Assembly: GCA_003241785.1 (NCBI GenBank)
Contig: QFPW01000013.1
Coordinates: forward strand, 53,420 to 117,419
DNA from: Rhodovulum sulfidophilum
GTDB taxonomy: Bacteria; Pseudomonadota; Alphaproteobacteria; Rhodobacterales; Rhodobacteraceae
Direction: 5' to 3'
Length of the DNA stretch: 64,000 bases
Numbering within the stretch: the stretch's first letter is position 1; every line of letters begins with the position of its first letter. Shown one piece after another: positions 53,279 through 62,814 of the stretch. Made by a program: the position numbers and the translations under genes. The notes under the pieces were generated by a model, which saw only the letters and a program-made list of their open reading frames with translations, was not told where the DNA came from and did not search any database.

Positions 53279-55555
53279 TCAGCGGGCCGCGATCCAGCCG
53301 AAGAGCCGGTCAGGGCTGATCGGCAGGCGATCGACGGTGCCGGCGCGGCCGAGCGCGTCGTCGACCGCCGAGGCGATCGCCGCGCCGGCCGCAGTGATGC
53401 CGCCCTCCCCGGCGCCCTTGACGCCGAGCGGGTTGATCGGGCTCGGCGCGTCCTCGCGAAGCAGGACCTCGACCGCCGGCACCTCGAGCGCGGTCGGCAT
53501 CAGATAGTCGGCGAAGCTCGCCGCGAGCGGCTGGCCGGCGTCGTCGTAGACGAATTCCTCGTAGAGCGCGCCCCCGATCCCCTGCGCGACCGCGCCGACG
53601 ATCTGGCCCTCGACCAGCATCGGATTGATCGCGCGGCCGACGTCGAAGGCCACGACGTAGCGCTCGATCTCCACCCCCGCCGTTTCCGGGTCGATCCGCG
53701 CCTGGACGAAATGGATGCCATAGGGATAGGTCATGTGATCGGAGGCGAAAGTGCCCTCGGCGACCAGATCCTCCCCCTGCGCCGCCGCGATATCGGCGAG
53801 GCGCATCGCCTGCGCCCCTTCGGCGGCGCTGATCCGCCCGGCCTCGTAGCGCAGACCGGGGCGGTCGGCCTGCAGCAGCTCGGCGGCCCGGTCGAGCGCG
53901 CGCTCGATCAGCGCCTCGGCGGCGATCTTGACGGCGGATCCCGTCATCACCGTCACCCGCGTCGCGAAGGCGCCGAGACCTTTCTCGATCAGCGCGGTCT
54001 GGCCGTGGATCACCTCTATTCCCGCGACGTCGATGCCGAGGGTCGCGGCGCAGATCTGCGCCATCGCGGTCTCGACGCCCTGCCCGATCGAGGCGACGCC
54101 GGTGATGATCCGGATCGTGCCGTCGGCGCGGACGTGGACGCGCACGAGATCCTCGGGGCCGAGCCCGCTCTTCTCGACGAAATAGCCGATGCCGTAGCCG
54201 ACCGACTCCCCCGCCGCGCGCCGGCGCGCGAGTTCGGTCTCGAGCGCGGGCAGCTCGACATGCGCGGCGAGGCGGCGCAGCAGATCATGATACTTGCCGC
54301 TGTCATAGACGACCCGCGTGCCGAGGGCGTCGATCCCCCGATCGTGCGGCATCGCCGCCTCGGGCAGCAGGTTGCGGCGCCGGATCTCGAAGCGGTCGAC
54401 TCCGACGCGCGCCGCGATCGTGTCGATGAGCCGCTCGCGCGCGAAGGTGCTCTCGTAGCGGCCGGGCGCGCGATAGGTGCCCGAGGGCGTCTTGTTCGTC
54501 AGCCGGATATGGCCCGCCACGCGGTAGGCGGGCACGCGGTAGGGCCCGGGCAGCAGCGCGGCGGCGAGGTCCGAGACCGTGCCGCCATGCGTGCGCACAT
54601 AGGCGCCCTGATCAGTGAAGAATTCCGCGTCGAGCCCGAGGATCACCCCTTCGGCGTCGATCGCGGCGCGCAGCCGGTAGCGCTGGTCGCGGGAATGGTT
54701 CGCGGCGAGCAGGTGCTCGCGGCGGTCCTCGATCCATTTCACCGGCCGGCCGAAGCGCTTGCTCGCGAGGCAGACGAGCACGTCCTCGGGATAGAGCTCG
54801 CCCCGGATGCCGAAGCCTCCGCCGACATGGCCCTCGGAGAGCTGCACCCGCTCCGTCGGCGTCCGCAGCATGGCCGCGATCGCCATCCGGTTGTAGTGCG
54901 GCACCTTGGCCGCGCCGAACATGGTGATCGTATCCGAGGCGGCGTCATAGGTCGCGAGCGCGCCGCGTGTCTCGAGCGGCACACCGGTGTGGCGCCCGAC
55001 CGCGACCTCGAGCGAGACGACCTCCGCCGCCGCGGCGAAGGCGGCGTCGAGATCGCCGTAGGCCTTGCGCAGCACGCAAGGCTCACTCAGGAGCCCCGGC
55101 AGCGTCTCGGGCATGAAGGGCGAAGGTTCCTCGGCGCTGTCGAGCACCGCGTCGAGCTCATCGAGATCGGGAAAGATGAGCTCGGCCGCGTCCTCGGCGA
55201 CATAGGGATCGGTCGCGAAGACCACCGCCATCGGCTCGCCGACATAGCGCACGTAGTCCCGCGCGAGGCACCATTGCCGGTAGGGTCCGAGCCCTTGGAT
55301 CCGGGTCATCCGGAAGTCGATCTGCGGCAGGTCGGAGATGTCCTCCGACGTCCAGACCGCGATCACTCCCGGCAGCGCCCGCGCCTCCTCGGCGTCGATC
55401 TCGAGAATGCGCGCGAAGGCGACCGGCGAGCGCGCGATCCGCATGTGGATCTGGCCCTCGCGCATCTCGTCGGCGGCGAAGCGGCCGGCGCCGAGGAGCA
55501 GCGGCCGGTCCTCGATCCGGAGGATCGACCGGCCGATGGCATTGGTTTCCGTCAC
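53279..55555 (-). CDS. Xanthine-dehydrogenase-family molybdopterin-binding large subunit (copy 2, 758 aa)
   Basis: The GTG start at 55555 overlaps the 2Fe-2S subunit stop (GTGA) and gives VTETNAIGRSILRIEDRPLL. Family blocks are HVGGGFG, TYRAPGR and GVKGAGEGG (catalytic Glu region). Confidence 0.85.
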   Translation of the reverse strand: MTETNAIGRSILRIEDRPLLLGAGRFAADEMREGQIHMRIARSPVAFARILEIDAEEARALPGVIAVWTSEDISDLPQIDFRMTRIQGLGPYRQWCLARDYVRYVGEPMAVVFATDPYVAEDAAELIFPDLDELDAVLDSAEEPSPFMPETLPGLLSEPCVLRKAYGDLDAAFAAAAEVVSLEVAVGRHTGVPLETRGALATYDAASDTITMFGAAKVPHYNRMAIAAMLRTPTERVQLSEGHVGGGFGIRGELYPEDVLVCLASKRFGRPVKWIEDRREHLLAANHSRDQRYRLRAAIDAEGVILGLDAEFFTDQGAYVRTHGGTVSDLAAALLPGPYRVPAYRVAGHIRLTNKTPSGTYRAPGRYESTFARERLIDTIAARVGVDRFEIRRRNLLPEAAMPHDRGIDALGTRVVYDSGKYHDLLRRLAAHVELPALETELARRRAAGESVGYGIGYFVEKSGLGPEDLVRVHVRADGTIRIITGVASIGQGVETAMAQICAATLGIDVAGIEVIHGQTALIEKGLGAFATRVTVMTGSAVKIAAEALIERALDRAAELLQADRPGLRYEAGRISAAEGAQAMRLADIAAAQGEDLVAEGTFASDHMTYPYGIHFVQARIDPETAGVEIERYVVAFDVGRAINPMLVEGQIVGAVAQGIGGALYEEFVYDDAGQPLAASFADYLMPTALEVPAVEVLLREDAPSPINPLGVKGAGEGGITAAGAAIASAVDDALGRAGTVDRLPISPDRLFGWIAAR

Positions 55556-56037
55556 GCCGGCACGCCCCGCATCGCCGCCGCGGCCTGGCGCACCGCCTTG
55601 AGGATGTTCTGATAGCCGGTGCAGCGACAGAGGTTGGAGGACAGGACCTCGCGGATCTCCGCGTCGCTCATGTCGGGGCTCTCGCGCAGCGCGCCCGCCG
55701 CCAGCATGAGGAATCCGGGCGTGCAGAAGCCGCATTGCAGGCCGTGGTTCTCCCAGAACGCCCGCTGGAGCGGGTGGAGGGTCTCGCCGTCGGCGAGGCC
55801 CTCCACCGTCTCGATCTCCATCCCCTCGGCCTGGACCGCGAAGGTCAGGCAGGCGCGGACCGGCTTGCCGTCGAGAAGCACCGTGCAGGCGCCGCAGACG
55901 CCGTGCTCGCAGCCGACATGCGTGCCGGTGAGCCCGCAGTCCTCGCGCAGCGCGTCGGCGAGGTTGCGCCGCGGCTCGACCTCGACCGGGTGGGCCGCGC
56001 CATTTACCCGCAGGGTGAGCTTCGTCTTTTCCGCCAT
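55552..56037 (-). CDS. (2Fe-2S)-binding small subunit of xanthine-dehydrogenase-family enzyme
   Basis: The 161-aa ORF has CEHGVCGACTV (plant-type cluster) and CGFCTPG...CRCTGY (second cluster). Confidence 0.9.
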   Translation of the reverse strand: MAEKTKLTLRVNGAAHPVEVEPRRNLADALREDCGLTGTHVGCEHGVCGACTVLLDGKPVRACLTFAVQAEGMEIETVEGLADGETLHPLQRAFWENHGLQCGFCTPGFLMLAAGALRESPDMSDAEIREVLSSNLCRCTGYQNILKAVRQAAAAMRGVPA

Positions 56038-56047
56038 GGCAGATCCC

Positions 56048-58360
56048 CTAGTTGGCCCCGGCGGCGCGGATCGCCGCCCGGATCCGGTCCGGCGTGGCCG
56101 GCATGGTGTTGAGCACGGCGCCGAGCGGCGCCAGCGCGTCGTTGATCGCCCCGATGATCGCCGCCGGCGCGCCGATCGTTCCGCCCTCGCCGACGCCCTT
56201 GGCCTTGGTCACGGTCTCGGGCGAGATGGTCTCCATATGGACGATCTCGATATCCGGGATCTCCATGGCCGTCGGCGGCAGGTAGTCGGCGAGCGAGGTG
56301 GTGAGCAGCGTGCCGAAATCGTCGTAGATCAGCTCCTCGTAGAGCGCGTTCGCCACGCCCTGCGCGACGCCGCCGGCGATCTGGCCGTCGACGATCATCG
56401 GATTGATGAGCAGGCCCGCGTCCTCGACCACGAGGAAGCGTGTGATCTCGACCCCGCCGGTCTCGACGTCGACCTCGACCTCGCAGACATGCGTCGCGTT
56501 CGAGAAGGTGCCCTCGGGGTCGTAGAAGGCCTGCTCCCTCAGCCCGGCCGTCAGCCCCTCGAATTCGTGGCTGCGGTGATGGATGGCGCGCGCCGCCTCG
56601 GCGATCCGGACCGAGCGGTTGGTACCCTCGGCGATCGCGAGATCATCGGCGAGCCGGATCGTCGCCGCGTCGACCTCGAGCATCCGGCCCGCGACCCGCC
56701 GGAGCTTGTCCGCGAGCTTGTCGGCGGCGAGCTGGCTCGCGCCGCCCGAGATCACCATCGAGCGGCTCGCGAAGGTGCCCCAGCCATAGGGCGTCGCGTC
56801 GGTGTCGCCGCTGATGACGCGGATCCGGTCCGGCGAGACGCCGAGCCGGTCGGCGACGAGCTGCGCGAGCGCGGTCTTCAGCCCCTGGCCGTGCGGCGAG
56901 GCGCCGATCCGCAGCGTCACCTGGCCCGAGGGGCCCATGTCGCAATCGACGGTCTCGTAGCCCGGGACGATGCCCATCTTGCGCGCGGCATAGGCGGGCG
57001 TCCCGTAGCCGGTGCGTTCGGAGAAGACCGCGAGGCCGAGGCCGAGATAACGCCCCTCGGCCCGCGCCGCCGCCTGGCGCGCGCGAAAGCCGGGAATATC
57101 GGCGCGCTCCGCCGCCGCCTCCATCGCCTCGAGGTAGGATCCCTCGTCGTACACGAGCCCGGTGGGCGAGCGATGCGGGAAGGACCTGATGAGGTTGCGC
57201 CGGCGGATCTCGACCGGATCGAGGCCGAGCCGGGCCGCGGCGCGGTCCATCAGCTGCTCCATGGTCAGCGTCAGCATCGGCCGCGCCACGCCGCGATAGG
57301 GCGCCATCATCGAGGTGTTGGTCGTGACGCCGCGCGAGCGCACGCCGTATTCGGCGAAATCATACGGGCCGGGCAGCTCGGCGAAGGCCATCAGGGGTTC
57401 GACCCCGCAGGTCACCGGATAGCAGGAGAAGGCGCCGACGTTGGAGCGCAGATCCGCCTCGACGCCGAGCAGCCGGCCTTCGGCGTCGAAGGCGCCGCGC
57501 ACGCTGAACTTCTGGTCGCGCGAATGCGACGAGGCGAGGAAGTTCTCGCGCCGGTCCTCGATCCAGGCGAGCCGGCGCCGGAGCCGGAAAGCCGCCCAGA
57601 CGAGCGCGACATATTCCGGGAAGAGCGACATCTTCTGCCCGAAGCCGCCGCCCACGTCGGGCGCGACCACGCGCAGGTCGGCCTCGTCGATCCCGAGCAC
57701 GTCGGCGAGGCCGGTGCGCAGCATATGCGGCATCTGCACCGAGGCATGGAGCGTTACCCGGCCGGTGACCCGGTCGTAGTCGGCCACCCCGCCCCGGCCT
57801 TCGAGCGGCATGGCGGACTGGCGCCCGGACCTGAGCTCGAGCGCGACCACCGCGGCGGCGCCGGCGAAGGCGGCGTCGAGACCCGGTGTGCGCAGCGCGC
57901 CTTCGACCATGACATTGCCCGGCGCCTCGGGATGCACGTCGCGCGCGTCCTCGGCCAGCGCGGTGTCGAGCGAGGTGATCGCATCCTCGGCCTCGATATC
58001 GACGAAGACCTGCTCGGCGAGATCCTCGGCCTCGGCCTCGCTCGACGCGACCACCATCGCGACCGCCTGGCCCGCGAAGACCACGCGGTCCCGCGCGAGC
58101 ACCGGATGCGGCACCCGGCGGTAGTCGGGCCGGTGCAGCACCGACTGGATAGGCCCGACCCCGGCCGCGTCGAGATCCTTCGCGGTGAAGACGATTCCCT
58201 TCTCGGGCAGCTCGATCGCGGTGATCGCGCCGGCCGCCTCGGGGCTGCGCACGAACTTGACCGACAGGGCGCCCGCGCTGAGATCCGAGACATAGCGTCC
58301 CTCGCCCCGGAGCAGCGTCGGATCCTCGAGCCTCGGAAGCGTGCGGCCGATCCAGCTCAT
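56048..58360 (-). CDS. Xanthine-dehydrogenase-family molybdopterin-binding large subunit (copy 1, 770 aa)
   Basis: The internal start MSWIGRTLPRLEDPTLLRGEGRYV overlaps the FAD-subunit stop (ATGA). Family blocks are DVGGGFGQK, APYRGVARP and KAKGVGEGG. Confidence 0.85.
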   Translation of the reverse strand: MSWIGRTLPRLEDPTLLRGEGRYVSDLSAGALSVKFVRSPEAAGAITAIELPEKGIVFTAKDLDAAGVGPIQSVLHRPDYRRVPHPVLARDRVVFAGQAVAMVVASSEAEAEDLAEQVFVDIEAEDAITSLDTALAEDARDVHPEAPGNVMVEGALRTPGLDAAFAGAAAVVALELRSGRQSAMPLEGRGGVADYDRVTGRVTLHASVQMPHMLRTGLADVLGIDEADLRVVAPDVGGGFGQKMSLFPEYVALVWAAFRLRRRLAWIEDRRENFLASSHSRDQKFSVRGAFDAEGRLLGVEADLRSNVGAFSCYPVTCGVEPLMAFAELPGPYDFAEYGVRSRGVTTNTSMMAPYRGVARPMLTLTMEQLMDRAAARLGLDPVEIRRRNLIRSFPHRSPTGLVYDEGSYLEAMEAAAERADIPGFRARQAAARAEGRYLGLGLAVFSERTGYGTPAYAARKMGIVPGYETVDCDMGPSGQVTLRIGASPHGQGLKTALAQLVADRLGVSPDRIRVISGDTDATPYGWGTFASRSMVISGGASQLAADKLADKLRRVAGRMLEVDAATIRLADDLAIAEGTNRSVRIAEAARAIHHRSHEFEGLTAGLREQAFYDPEGTFSNATHVCEVEVDVETGGVEITRFLVVEDAGLLINPMIVDGQIAGGVAQGVANALYEELIYDDFGTLLTTSLADYLPPTAMEIPDIEIVHMETISPETVTKAKGVGEGGTIGAPAAIIGAINDALAPLGAVLNTMPATPDRIRAAIRAAGAN

Positions 58361-59235
58361 GCCACGGCCGCCGCGCGCGGTTCGGCCGCGGCGGCCGCGA
58401 GCGCGCGGCGCGTCACCGTCGCCGAGAGCTCGCGGCGGTAGGCCGCCGAGCCGTGGATGTCGGACAGGGGATCGACCGTGTCGCGGACCCGGGCCGCCGC
58501 CTCGGTGAAGACCGTCGCGCTCGCCGGCTGGCCGACCAGCGCCGCCTCGACCTCGCGCATCCGGAGCGCGGTGCCCGCGAGACCGCCGAGGCCCAGCCGC
58601 GCCTCGCGGATCACGCCGCCCTCGACGCGCAGCGCGGCGAGCGCCATGGCGAGCGCGAAATCGCCCTTGCGGCGTGAGAATTCGTAGAAGCCGGTTCGCC
58701 AGCCCGCGGCGAGGCGCGGCAGGCGGACGCGGACGAGCAGCTCGTCGGGCTGGACCGCCGTGACGAAGGTGCCGCGGAAGAACTCCGCCGCCGGGACGCG
58801 GCGGGCGCCCGAGGGCCCGTGGATCTCCATCTCGGCGCCGAGCGTGGTCGCCACGAGACACCATTCCGACGCGGGATCCGCGTGGCTCAGCGATCCGCCG
58901 AAGGTGCCGCGCTGCCGGATCGGATAATGCGCGATGTGGCGCACGACATCGGCGAGCATGTGGCCGAGCGGATCGTCGCTGACCGGCGCGTGAAACGCCG
59001 CGTGTCGCGTCACCGCGCCGATCACGAGCGCGCCGGGCTCGGCGGCGAGGCCCTGGATCTCCGCGACGCCATTGATGTCGATCAACACCTCCGGACGGGC
59101 CAACCGGAAATTCATCGACGGGACGAGGCTCTGCCCCCCCGCGAGGATCTTGCCGTCCAGCCCGTGCTCGGCCAGCGCGGCGCGCGCTTCCGCGAGATCG
59201 GCGACTTTAAGGTACTTGAAGACTGCTGGCTTCAT
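58357..59235 (-). CDS. FAD-binding (CoxM-like) medium subunit of xanthine-dehydrogenase-family enzyme
   Basis: The 292-aa ORF reads MKPAVFKYLKVADLAEARAAL...ILAGGQSLVPSMNFRLARP...RGTFGGSL, with a CO-dehydrogenase flavoprotein C-terminal domain. Confidence 0.85.
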   Translation of the reverse strand: MKPAVFKYLKVADLAEARAALAEHGLDGKILAGGQSLVPSMNFRLARPEVLIDINGVAEIQGLAAEPGALVIGAVTRHAAFHAPVSDDPLGHMLADVVRHIAHYPIRQRGTFGGSLSHADPASEWCLVATTLGAEMEIHGPSGARRVPAAEFFRGTFVTAVQPDELLVRVRLPRLAAGWRTGFYEFSRRKGDFALAMALAALRVEGGVIREARLGLGGLAGTALRMREVEAALVGQPASATVFTEAAARVRDTVDPLSDIHGSAAYRRELSATVTRRALAAAAAEPRAAAVA

Positions 59236-59483
59236 TTTTTCAGTCTCATCAAAATTCCTTCAATGAGATACGCTGTCGTCGCGACCCAGGCAAGCCGGGT
59301 TGGCGATAATCTTCGCTTTGGTCGCGAGATGCATATCATTTAGGCAGACGCGCCCACGAGCGACGCAGGCCGTGAAGTCTCGGGCCGCCCAGCCGGATCG
59401 CCGTCCGAAGCTTGGCGCTCCCGCCCGCGCGACGCGCCCGCCGCCGCGCGCATCGGCGCGACCGTGTAGGAGGGTTGGCCAGC

Positions 59484-60419
59484 TCACCCCTTGGCCAGGG
59501 GCACGTCTCCGGCACCATGGAAATCGCAGAGCTCCACGCAGAGCGCGGTTATCTCCTCGCAGAAGGCGACATAATAATTGTTCCGAAACGTCGCGAAGTA
59601 CTCGAGCGACGGCAGCGCCATTTCGGTCTCGACGACCCGCAGCCTGCCATCGGCGACCATCTGCCGGAAGAAGGCATGCGGCAGGATCGTCACACCCATG
59701 CCCCGCTCGGCGAGATGCGCGAGCGCGCCCATGTTGTTGCAGGAAATCGACCGGGTGAACGGCAGGGTGTCGTCATCGATGATCTCGTGCAGGATCGGGC
59801 GGAGCACCGATCCCTTCGTCTGGATCAGCAGCGGATACCGCGCGAGATCGCGGAGCGTGGGCGTGTCGATCCCCTCGACCAGCGTCGGGCTGCACATCCA
59901 GGCAAGTTCGATCCGCCCGAGCGGCACGCTGATGAATTGCGCGTCCTGGATGGCCCGCGGGCAAATAATGAAATCGAGCTTCTGCTCGGACAATCGCTCG
60001 AGCAGCACGGTCGTGAGATTGATCTCCGGCTCGAAGCTCATGGTGGGGTAGCGCTCCATGATCCCGCTCAGCAGTTCCGGCATCCAGGACAGCGCGATCA
60101 GATCGGTCACGCCGAGGCGAAACCGAAAGGTCGGCACTTTCGAATCCTTCGCCAGCGCCACGAGCCGGTCGTTCAGGCGCAGCATCTGCTCGGCGATCTG
60201 CCGCACCTCCTCGCCATGCGAGGTCAGCGCCGAACCGCGCCCGTTGCGCCGGAGCAGCGGCGTGGAGAAATTCCGCTCCAGTTCGCCGATGCGCTTCGAG
60301 ATCGTGGATTGCACGACATTCAGGAATTCCGCCGCCGCCTCGAAACTGCCGAGCGTGCTGACCCAGTAGAGGGCCTCCATCTGCTTGATCGTAAACAAGA
60401 CTCTCCCCAAAACATGCAT
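59484..60419 (-). CDS. LysR-family transcriptional regulator
   Basis: The HTH reads LGSFEAAAEFLNVVQSTISKRIGELE and is followed by a LysR substrate-binding domain. ATG is at 60419. TTG at 60398 (GGGGAGAG upstream) gives a more canonical N-terminus. Confidence 0.85.
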   Translation of the reverse strand: MHVLGRVLFTIKQMEALYWVSTLGSFEAAAEFLNVVQSTISKRIGELERNFSTPLLRRNGRGSALTSHGEEVRQIAEQMLRLNDRLVALAKDSKVPTFRFRLGVTDLIALSWMPELLSGIMERYPTMSFEPEINLTTVLLERLSEQKLDFIICPRAIQDAQFISVPLGRIELAWMCSPTLVEGIDTPTLRDLARYPLLIQTKGSVLRPILHEIIDDDTLPFTRSISCNNMGALAHLAERGMGVTILPHAFFRQMVADGRLRVVETEMALPSLEYFATFRNNYYVAFCEEITALCVELCDFHGAGDVPLAKG

Positions 60420-60473
60420 AAAGGCGATGGCGTTTCATGCGGCAATATCGCTTTTTTTCCGCTTTGGCCATTG

Positions 60474-60492
60474 CTATGCGCTTGAAGCATAG
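60474..60492. promoter_or_regulatory. Candidate LysR box (T-N11-A): CTATGC-N7-GCATAG
   Basis: This perfect 6-bp inverted repeat contains ATGC-N7-GCAT. It lies in the LysR / RraA-like divergent intergenic region, 33 nt upstream of the 60525 start. Confidence 0.45.
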
Positions 60493-60524
60493 GAGACCCC
60501 CGAAGAACGCAAGGACCCCTCTCG

Positions 60525-61151
60525 ATGAGCATCACCGAACTCAAGCCGGCCGATCTGCTGCCTCCCGACCTGCTGCGCGAATACGCCGGCGTGCCCACCT
60601 CGATCATCAGCGACAACCTGGACCGGATGCCGGGCGCCGTCGGACTCATGCCGATGCGCGAAGGTCTTCATCTGGTCGGCACCGCGCTGACCGTGCGGAC
60701 CCGGCCCGGCGACAACCTCGCGATCCATACCGCCCTGCGCGCGGCGCGGCCGGGCGAGGTGATCGTCGTCGACGGCGACGGCGATCTCAGCCGGGCACTG
60801 ATCGGCGAGGTGATCCTCGCGCACGCCGAATCGCGCGGCGTGGCGGGCTTCGTGATCGACGGCGTGATCCGCGATGTCGCGGCCTTCCGCGTGTCACCGA
60901 TCCCCTGCTACGCGCGCGGCGTCATCCATCGCGGGCCCTACAAGAACGGCCCGGGCGAGATCAACGGCTGCGTCTCGATCGGCGGGCTCGTGGTAAATCC
61001 CGGCGACCTCATCGTCGGCGACGACGACGGCGTCGTGGCGGTGCCCCCCGCGCTGGCTGCCAGCCTGCTGCCGGGCATCCGCGCGCAGGAAGAGCACGAG
61101 CGCCAGAAGCTCGAGGGCTACCGGAGCCGCGAGCGGCTGCGCGCGGTGTGA
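60525..61151 (+). CDS. RraA-like / class II aldolase-decarboxylase family protein (copy 2)
   Basis: The 208-aa ORF has an AAGGA RBS. Family blocks are GEVIVVDGDGD, GFVIDGVIRDVA and GDLIVGDDDGVVAV. Confidence 0.8.
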   Translation: MSITELKPADLLPPDLLREYAGVPTSIISDNLDRMPGAVGLMPMREGLHLVGTALTVRTRPGDNLAIHTALRAARPGEVIVVDGDGDLSRALIGEVILAHAESRGVAGFVIDGVIRDVAAFRVSPIPCYARGVIHRGPYKNGPGEINGCVSIGGLVVNPGDLIVGDDDGVVAVPPALAASLLPGIRAQEEHERQKLEGYRSRERLRAV

Positions 61152-61202
61152 CGACGGCCCTGATCTCATCCAAAATCAAAACAAGACGCGCTGGAGGATT
61201 GA

Positions 61203-62732
61203 ATGCACATGTTGAAGGGAACGCTGCTCGCACTGTCCGCGACCGCCCTGCTCTGGTCGACGACCTCGGGCTTCGCCCAGGGAGCGGATGAGAGCGTGAC
61301 GATCGTGCTGCCCGGAAGCCCGGACCGGCTCGATCCCTGCGAGACGCCGCGCTCGGTGATCGGCCGGATCATCAAGCAGAACGTGGTCGAGACGCTCGTC
61401 GAGCTCGACTACGCGAACCACGCGGTGCTGCCGCGCCTCGCCGAGAGCTGGACCCAGGTCTCGCCGACCGAATGGCGGTTCAAGCTGCGCGAGGGCGTGA
61501 CCTTCCACGACGGCACGCCCTTCGACGCCGACGCGGTGGTCTACTCGCTGGAGCGCACCCTCGACCCGACGCTCACCTGCATCACCCGCACCAAGTATTT
61601 CGGCGGTGTCGAGCTGACCGCCAAGGCCGCCGATCCGCATACCGTCGTCTTCACCACGGCGACGCCGATGCCGATCCTGCCGACCCTGCTGGCGCAGGTG
61701 GCGATTTCCTCGGTCAACACGCCCAAGGGCGAGTACACGGCCGATCCGATCGGAACCGGCCCCTTCGAGTTCGACAGCTGGACCCAGGGCGAGAACGTCA
61801 AGCTCTCGCGCTTCGACGGTTACTGGGGCGCCGCGCCGAAGATCGCCGGCGCGACCTATGTCTGGCGCACCGAATCCTCGGTCGCGGCGGCGATGGTCGC
61901 GACCGGCGAGGCGGATCTGGCGTTCTCGATCGCGCCGCAGGACGCGACCGACCCCGCGACGGACAAGGTCTATCCGAATTCCGAGACGGCCATGTTCCGG
62001 CTTTCGGTCGACATTCCGCCGCTGAACGACATTCGCGTGCGCAAGGCGATCAACCTCGCGATCGACCGGCAGGCCTTCCTCGGCACCGTCGTCAGCCCGG
62101 AGGCCGAGCTCGCCGAGCAGCAGGTCGGGCCGAGCGTGCTCGGCCACAACCCGAACCTGAAGCCCTGGCCCTACGACCCGGAACAGGCGAAGGCGCTGCT
62201 CGCGGAGGCCGCCGCCGACGGCGTCCCGGTCGATACCGAGATCCGCATGATCGGCCGTCCGGCGATGTTCGCCAACAGCAGCGAGTTCGTCGAGGCCGCC
62301 GCCGAGATGCTGCGCGCGGTCGGGCTCAACATCAAGCTCGACAATCTCGAGATGACGCAATGGCTCGCGATGGCCAACAAGCCCTTCGCCCCGGATCGTC
62401 AGCCGAACGTGTTTCTCACCATGCACGACAACAACGGCGGCGACGCGGCCTTCACCGCGTTCTTCAAATACGACAGCGACGGGCGGCAGAGCGAGATCCA
62501 CGACCCTGAGATCGACAGCCTGATCGAGCGCGCGGGCGCGGCCTCCGGCGAGGAGCGCGCGGCGCTCTACCAGGAGGCGTTCCGTCGCGTCTACGAGGAC
62601 ATCGTCGCCGACGCGCCGCTGTTCCACATGGTCAACTACATGCGGGTGGGCGAGCGCCTCGACTTCACGCCGACGATCGCGAACGCGGTCGAGCTGCAGT
62701 TGACGAAGCTCAACGTCAAGTCGCCCTCGTAA
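61203..62732 (+). CDS. ABC transporter substrate-binding protein, family 5 (DppA/OppA/nickel-opine type)
   Basis: The 509-aa ORF has a GGAGGA RBS and a signal peptide ending SGFAQG. Family-5 blocks are WRFKLREGVTFHDGTPFDADAV and KLSRFDGYWG. Confidence 0.85.
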   Translation: MHMLKGTLLALSATALLWSTTSGFAQGADESVTIVLPGSPDRLDPCETPRSVIGRIIKQNVVETLVELDYANHAVLPRLAESWTQVSPTEWRFKLREGVTFHDGTPFDADAVVYSLERTLDPTLTCITRTKYFGGVELTAKAADPHTVVFTTATPMPILPTLLAQVAISSVNTPKGEYTADPIGTGPFEFDSWTQGENVKLSRFDGYWGAAPKIAGATYVWRTESSVAAAMVATGEADLAFSIAPQDATDPATDKVYPNSETAMFRLSVDIPPLNDIRVRKAINLAIDRQAFLGTVVSPEAELAEQQVGPSVLGHNPNLKPWPYDPEQAKALLAEAAADGVPVDTEIRMIGRPAMFANSSEFVEAAAEMLRAVGLNIKLDNLEMTQWLAMANKPFAPDRQPNVFLTMHDNNGGDAAFTAFFKYDSDGRQSEIHDPEIDSLIERAGAASGEERAALYQEAFRRVYEDIVADAPLFHMVNYMRVGERLDFTPTIANAVELQLTKLNVKSPS

Positions 62733-62814
62733 GCCACCGGGGCCGAGGCCGGCATCGCCTCGGCCCCCTTTCGGCGCGGTCAAGAAACGGATGTCCGGCG
62801 GAGGAGGCGGGACA

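Noticed and set aside
53279-59235. Calling the M-L-S-L operon an aerobic carbon-monoxide dehydrogenase (coxMSL).
   Set aside because: Neither large subunit has the form-I active-site loop AYxCSFR with the Cu-binding Cys. They read PYRGVAR and TYRAPGR. The gene order is not M-S-L, and no coxDEF-type maturation genes are nearby. I kept the call at family level (Moco hydroxylase of unknown substrate).
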